From: the human T2T-CHM13v2.0 reference genome, Homo sapiens
DNA: 64,000 nucleotides
Reading direction: 5' to 3' (one strand)
Assembly (NCBI RefSeq): GCF_009914755.1
Contig: NC_060929.1
Made by a program: the position numbers and the translations under genes
Part shown: positions 56,946-64,000 of the stretch, piece after piece
Numbering within the stretch: position 1 is the stretch's first letter
How the letters are laid out: every line of letters begins with the position of its first letter
The notes under the pieces: model-generated
Seen by the model: the letters and a program-made list of their open reading frames with translations, nothing else
The model's database searches: none
What the model was told of the DNA's origin: nothing

Positions 56946-58046
56946 TTTATTTATTTGCTTTAACACATTTTAATAGCAGAAAAAACATCTACATATAATC
57001 AGTATTAGTGAAAGCACAACGATAGCTTTACATATACGAACAGTATGTACTGCACAGCACACACGCACGCCACACACACACTAATATAGTATATGTATTA
57101 TCTCAGTTAATTAGAAAAAAATAAACTCATGAAGTTGATATTGTCCAAGTTTTTATTTTATAGTGAGGAAAACTTTGACTACTCTTATGGCAACGTGGTA
57201 ATAACACAGGAATGGGAATTTTAGGTGTAAGCTCTACATCATATTTTGCTGATGACCAGCTACAAGATTAAGAGCAAATTGTTTTCCCAGGGGAAATAAA
57301 AACCACAGAGTTTGAAATAAATACTGCCTCCCCTGGTTACACAGATGAGCCTGAACTGAGGTATGATTTAAACAAAACTATCTTGCACATCAAAGACTCA
57401 TCAGTGTGAACATCAGTAGTTTTAGCGGCTACAAAACACCAGAACACCAACAGCATAGACTAGAGACAATTAGACTTTCATCAGTGGGAGAAGATGCTAT
57501 ACAGCAATCAACCCAAAACCATGATATTTTAAACATATTAAAGACATTTTAAAGCTATCTTCACTGGAAATGTAGTGGAGACAAACTGCAGACACCAAGT
57601 GGTAATTCAATATACATATGAATTTGTGAGCACATATGAGAAAAATGCTAGGAGTGGAGAACAGTTTAATTCCATTGCCACCCCTCAGGTCGGCTTATCT
57701 GAAAGAAAAGCTTCTGGTTGACTTTGAAAGTATTTGGGTGTATATTAACACCAACAGCCATGCATGTAAAATGACAAGAACAGAGGTTGATACTTTTTTA
57801 CCCTATTTGTCTCTTTGAACTTCTTTTAAGTGAAATTTTTAAATAATACCTCTTTTATAAACTTTTTCATTATGTCTGAACCCTTTAAGCTTGTATTCAA
57901 GTTTCTTCACAAATGTATTTTCTCAGCATAAACCCAGGTTGGTGTCTTAGTAACCAATTAAACTTCCATATTCATTCCTGCCTTTGCTCGCAGAAATACA
58001 AATTCTAGAACACTTGCCGCCCCCCCCACCCCGCTCCCCACCTTGA

Positions 58047-58082
58047 CACACACACACACACACACACACAGACACACACACA
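58047..58082 (+). repeat. (CA)n microsatellite
   Basis: About 18 CA units with one interruption. Confidence 0.95.
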
Positions 58083-58723
58083 TTCTATGTATTTTCCAAG
58101 CCAAGCATTACTTCAGTTTTCTTACTTATACTGATGATCCTAGTACTTTATTCGTTTCTTATAGTGCTTAATTATATGCCACCAAGTACTTCCATGCATT
58201 ATTTTATTTCTCAAAGATATGTCTCTTAGTTTTTCTACTATATTCATCTCATTGAGGCAAAGTTCTGTAGAGAATATGTGTTTAAAACAATAAATGGCTA
58301 TAAAGCAAGAATCAGTTTAACAAAAATCAAATAATTTGTATTTCTCAAAATGAGTAATATCCTCTACCATAAGCCTACTTTAAGGAATAAATACTTGTCA
58401 TTTTCAATGTATTTAGAAAACTTTCTCTTTTAAAACTGATTTTAGATTCAGTTTATGAGCTTGGATATAAAAACATCTCAGTATTTTCTAGTTACAATTA
58501 TGAATCTACCCAAACCACCCAGCAAGAATTTTAAAATATATTTCACCATACCATAACTTCAAAAATTCTGATTCAATAGGTCTTAGGGTGAGGCCAGTTG
58601 TATATATTAAGTGAAAAGGATAACAAAGAAATAAATAAAAAGCAAACTCATCAGGTGAAGAAAAAAAACTGCTTTAAAGTTTCTCCTCTTAAAAAGATAA
58701 TTGCTTTAGCTTAAAGAAGGAAG

Positions 58724-59087
58724 TGATAGAGTTTGGCTTTGTGTTCCCACCCAAATCTTATCTCAAATTGTAATCCCCAGGTGTTGAGGAAGGGGCCTGG
58801 TGGGAGGTGACTGGATCATGGGGACAGTTTCCCCATGTTGTTCTCATGATAGTGCATGAGTCTCAAGAGATCTGATGGTTTTATAAGGGGCTCTTCCCTC
58901 TTTGTTCCTTCACAGGCTCTCTTGCCTGCTGCCATGTAAGACATGCCTACTTCCTCTTCTGCCATGATTGTAAGATTCCTGAGGCCTCCCCAGCCATGCA
59001 GAACTATGAGTCAATTAAATCTCTTTTCTTTATAAATTACCCAGTCATGGGCAGTTCTTTATAGCAGTGTGAGAATGGACTAATATA
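58724..59087 (+). mobile_element. THE1D/MSTA-type MaLR solo LTR
   Basis: tgatagagtttggctttgtgttcccacccaaatc...gccatgtaagacatgcc...cctgaggcctccccagccatg...gagtcaattaaa...gaatggactaata. Confidence 0.9.
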
Positions 59088-59461
59088 GAATATTTTCCAG
59101 TGGAAAGAAAAACACCTTTTGTGTCTCTCATGAGTCATTTAATCTTTCAATTACTCAATGTTAGTATACCTGTCTGTAAAATGCAAACCATAATATATGT
59201 TCTACTTATATGGTGCATGAGTTTCCTCACTGAACATCTGCTACTATGTGGGAGATACTAGGCTGTGAGTTGGGGATGTAAATAAAAATCAGAATGATCT
59301 TGGTTTTAAGAAAGTAAAAATATACAAAAGGAATAAGGCATGCAAAAAACAACTCAGAGCAGATGATGATCGACAGTAAAGAGAGGTATAAATTAAGAGT
59401 GATGAGTTTTCCAAAGCCAGAGAGCCCTAGTGGCTGGAGAACTCAGGGAATATTTTAAGGA

Positions 59462-59763
59462 GGCCACACACAGGGGCTCACTCCTGTAATCCCAGCACTT
59501 TGTAATCCCAGCTGAGGCCGGCAGATCACTTGACGTCAGGAGTTTGAGACCAGCCTGGCCAATATGGTGGAACCCCATCTCTACTAAAGATAGAAAAAAT
59601 TAGCCTGGCATGGTAGCTTCTGCCTGTAATCCCAGCTATGTGAGAGGTTGAGGCATGAGAATTGCTTGAACCCAGGAGGCGGAAGCTGCAGTGATCTGAG
59701 ATTGTGCCACGGCACTCCAGCCCTGGTGACAAAAAGAGATCATCTTAAAAAAAAAAAAAAAAA
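59462..59763 (+). mobile_element. AluS
   Basis: Full-length Alu with poly(A) and approximate TSD gaatat(t/c)ttaagga. Confidence 0.92.
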
Positions 59764-60039
59764 GAATATCAAGAATATCTTAAGGAAAAAGAAACATTTG
59801 AAAACTCAAGTGTGAGTTTTAGCAGCCAGAACCCGAGGGCAGACTGATCAATAGAAACAAAATGAGAGAGATTAAAATAATAATAATAAAATAAATAAAC
59901 AGAACTCCTAGAAATAAAAACTGGTCTATTTGTCAATATCATGAGGCAAATTACAAGAGAGGCAGAGAAGCTACAATGAAGAAAGTATTAGAACAGATTA
60001 AAAAAATTGACTATTACCTAGTAAGCAGTAATACATGCT

Positions 60040-60298
60040 GATAATATTTAATAGGCATTTGTAATTGCAAAAAAAAATACTCTGCCAAGTGCTTTGTAAG
60101 TTTCATTTAATCCTTTCAGCAAAGTTAGGAGGCAGCAACATTATTGTTCCATCTTCTAGACAAGGGAACTGAGGTGTAGCTAGATCGAATACTTTGGCCA
60201 AATTTTCAAACTCCTTCCTTGGTGGAAGTGGTAAAACTCTTAGTAGATCTGCCTCAAGTCTGCAGTGAGAGCAATTTACCACTATGCAGTACTGCCTC
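60040..60298 (-). mobile_element. MIR
   Basis: tgccaagtgcttt...tcatttaatcct...ccatcttctagacaagggaactgagg...ttaccactatgc. Confidence 0.8.
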
Positions 60299-62078
60299 TG
60301 GAAATGGGATTGTACCCAGGGTAAATACTGAGCTAGTGAGTAACACAAAGTGTCACTGCCTTAAGGACTTAGGTTAATCTCATCCCTGAAGGAAAGCTAA
60401 CACTGTATGTCATCAACTTTAATTCTTATAATATCCTGTATGTTACTTTTCTGTGAAATTTTCATAGTATATTGTAATTTCTGACCTCTGGAAAACACCA
60501 GAAGTCATTTGAGGGCAGGAGGTCTGAATATGGCTTATTTTTTATCATATCTTATTGCCTAACGTGTTGCCTTCTTTATAATGAAAAATCAGTACATATC
60601 ACTGAATGGATAATTGTGGGGAAAAAATCAATTAAGAAAAATATATTTCAGGAAGAATTGGAGAGGGAAGAGATACAGGCATGCAGATCAGCTCAGCCAG
60701 GTCTTTGGATTTGCAGACAGCCATGCCTCCTGGCTCATCAGCTTCATCTTTTAATACCCAGTGAAAGAGTACTCACCTTTCAAGTCCCTCTTCAGCTTCC
60801 CATGAGTAGAAGACCATGTTCCCTCATCCACATTTTCCTGAAACTCCAATCATATCGCAAGCAGAACACTAAATAATTGACAATGTACTTACTTTTAAAC
60901 GTGGCTCTCTCCTACTATATTTCCATTTCATTGAGAAAGGGGACAAAAAAATCTCATCTACATCCATTTCTCAAGTTACTAGCACACTTTATAATATATA
61001 TATTAAAACTCTAAAATGTTGTTGACTTGTGAAGGAAAGATGTAATTTGAACCTCTTCTTTAGTGTGGAGTTGGAATCAAAAGGAAAGGATCATTTTTTA
61101 AATACAGATAGAATTAAAATCATTTGTCAAATAATTCTATTTGAGAGGAAAAAAGTTGAAATTTACAGAAAATACATTTTTTGCCTTAAGTTAGTGGAAA
61201 ATGAAAAGCAGTTCAAAAATGGTCCCAGGGTGATGGTTGACTATGAAAATCTCCCTTATCACTTGAGGATAATTATCTTGTATAAACAGGTTTGCTATAT
61301 TTTAGACAAAAATTGAGAAGGAAGTAGATATTTCTAGCTAAAATTATTTTGGGTTGTTTCTTGGTTTTTACTTACTTTGGGAGGTGCTTTCATATGCTTC
61401 TTTCTATATTTATGATCCATTTACTATTTATTCTGCAAAAAACCTTTGCCCTAAAATATAGCACTAAATATGACTATGACATCATCAGAAGGTTGCATGC
61501 AAATTTTAAACATTTCTATACTCTTATATACACCATTTCAATTTCTGTTTCCCCTTTGAAGTTGAAATAAATGCTTTATATATTCATTTGAAATAATACC
61601 TAGTGTGCAGCACTGCTGAGAAAAAAACTCCATCAGTCTTTTGAGAATAAAAGCAAATCAATAGTAATATCTCTCAGAATAGAAGCACTTTTGTTGACAG
61701 AAGGAGCATGGTTTAATGGGAAGCAAAGTAATCTTTGTTTTCAGTCAGACTATTGGGCTGTGCATGAGAAATGGCATGCTCTGACCACTTGTTCTATATT
61801 AAAGGGCAGTATGGCAGATTCAAAATAGAGAAAATAATTTGCCTAATAGCAATGGACAACCATAGCTTTAACACATAACATAGAGATCATTATTATAAGA
61901 TTTGTATGCAATTTTATAAATTTGTCTTTAGTTCCCATTTAGGGCTATTCTGTTAATTAAATCAAATCATCCCAGTGCCCCAAAGATGGGTGATACAGAA
62001 CCTATTCACATGGTATCCTGTAATTGTGATTAAGCTATTCCATGTCCAACACCACAACTGAAGTTTTACTCAGGTTTT

Positions 62079-62116
62079 GATGATGATGATGATGATGATA
62101 ATGATGATGAGGAGGA
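62079..62116 (+). repeat. (GAT)n trinucleotide repeat
   Basis: gatgatgatgatgatgatgataatgatgatgaggagga. Confidence 0.9.
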
Positions 62117-64000
62117 CAATGTTGATACTTTAGGATGTAACATAAATGTATCCAGATCGATTGATAAATAGATACCACTATAGATATAGTTATACATATA
62201 GAAATAAAGTAGGGAAAAATTTTGTGCTTATATATTCCTATGAGCTATATACAAAGACAATTTATTTTGATCAAATTTATTCATGTTTACCTTCAGATAA
62301 TAAAGTAAAGAAAATAACGAGGAGTAAGACCACATAAGCAATCAATGACTATTCTTGACTTAAATACCTAGGTCAATGCTTATTTTCATTTTCTAGAAAA
62401 TAATTGTATTATTTTCTTTTTAAATATAGGTACATACTAGTAAAATTACAAGCAGTAATTATAGGTCTTCCTCTTCTGCAAGTACATTACTACTTTATAA
62501 AAAACCCAGTCAAAGAGGCTTGATATTTGGTGAATACGTATGTTACACAAAGTAAAAATGAATTGTTTTAGAATGTATAAAAAAAATGTAAACAAATTTG
62601 TCTCTTTGAACTTCCAATGAACCCACTGAAAAATGCATTCAATGACCAGAGTTTGCTGGTATTAGTTCTCTGCTTTTCTTGTAGGCAGCATATTTACATT
62701 TAAGTTTTACAAAATGCAAAAATAACAATAATTCAGCCCCTGGTTTCTTTGTGTTGAACACCAGAGGATTCTGAAAGGAATTTTTCCTTGAGAAGGTTAA
62801 ATGTATGAGTCATTAGAGTTTACTTGTAACTGCAAAGTAATACATTTTAGTTTAAAAATGATATCTTGCCTCAAAAATATTGTTTAAAAGATTTCATGCA
62901 GATTTTGTAAAACATTTGCTATAATTCATGTCAATATGTAAACATTAAATGGCATTCATTTAAAAATGATTCATTTTCAATGTCATCTTATAACCCTTAA
63001 TGTAAATTCACATCTGTTTCAATGCTTCCAAGTGCAATGTTCACTTGGAAAAACGTCTAAAGCCAGAAAACATTGTGTACTATAGAACAATAATTCTCAA
63101 CATGACCACAAGGTGGCTCTCAACACCGAAATATGTTATTTTCCCTCTGGACAAGTGAATAGAATTTTACCAGAAATATTAGCAGCAATTTACCCTATAA
63201 ATGGGTCAATACTTCAAAAACGTAAATTCATCTCAACCCTCTGATCACGTTGTGAAGCCTAATTTATATTGTTTTAAACTTCAGACATTCAAAAAAACAC
63301 ATCAAATGGTTGAAAACCTTTAAAGAATTTGAAGGATTTTGAAAAGAAATGATTATTTCAGTAGTCTGCATAATTAATTATTCAATAACCATTTCTTGGG
63401 CTTTAAAAATTAATTTCTCCTCTAATTTTGCACAATGTTATTCTCACTTTACTTCCAACTAAATGAAAGCAAAATAGATGCAAGTTAAACTTTTTCTCTA
63501 GTATGATTAAAGAATGTGAAACTTAAAGAGAAAGTATGTCAAAGTTTTTAGCCTTTGTAAAGTCCAATTCTAAAAGTATATATACATTTAGATGATCAAT
63601 TATACTAAATGTAAAATGTGTGTAATATTAATAGAATATTTTAAATTAGCCATCCTGATGAATAAGCCATGAGGTTAAATTATTTTGCCAAATATTATAG
63701 TGAAGTTGTGAAAAAAAACAATCCTATAAAATGGCCACAGCATTTAATCAAGATGATAAGAAAAAGATAACTGTGACTCTGATTAAGCAGATAATACATG
63801 ATTAAAGAGATAATAAATGTAAATATATAGCTATGGCAAATACGAGCATTATCTTTACTATGCTCACCAAAGTATAACTTTCAGCTAGGTTTAGGAGTCT
63901 CTATTATAGCTTACCTCATCTTTACAAGTTATTGGACAAGATGAAGTGCTAAGTATGCCCTACCAGTATGTGAATGTATAAATAATATATTAATTATCCC

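Overview
AT-rich, repeat-dense primate (very probably human) genomic DNA lying wholly inside the cadherin-10 gene (CDH10, minus strand). The only functional coding sequence I can support is the 354-bp first coding exon (22469-22822), which encodes the signal peptide, the RQKR furin site and the start of EC1. The rest is intron, carrying about 17 Alu/FLAM elements, old L1/L2/MIR pieces, MaLR LTRs and hAT/Tigger DNA-transposon fossils. The most notable non-routine items are a decayed 5'-truncated FRMD7 retrocopy (~6610-7772, minus), a ~260-bp local inverted duplication inserted between perfect 20-bp direct repeats (9420-9732, copied from 7891-8149), a CpG-retaining plus-strand exon-like unit antisense to CDH10 (38974-39191), uORFs in the CDH10 5'UTR, a strong CTCF motif, and Alu orientations that could favour editing or back-splicing. 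I found no evidence of a wholly new multi-gene system. Almost all ORFs in the supplied track are spurious or repeat-derived. Gene and repeat names come from recall of known sequences rather than database searches, and repeat boundaries are approximate.
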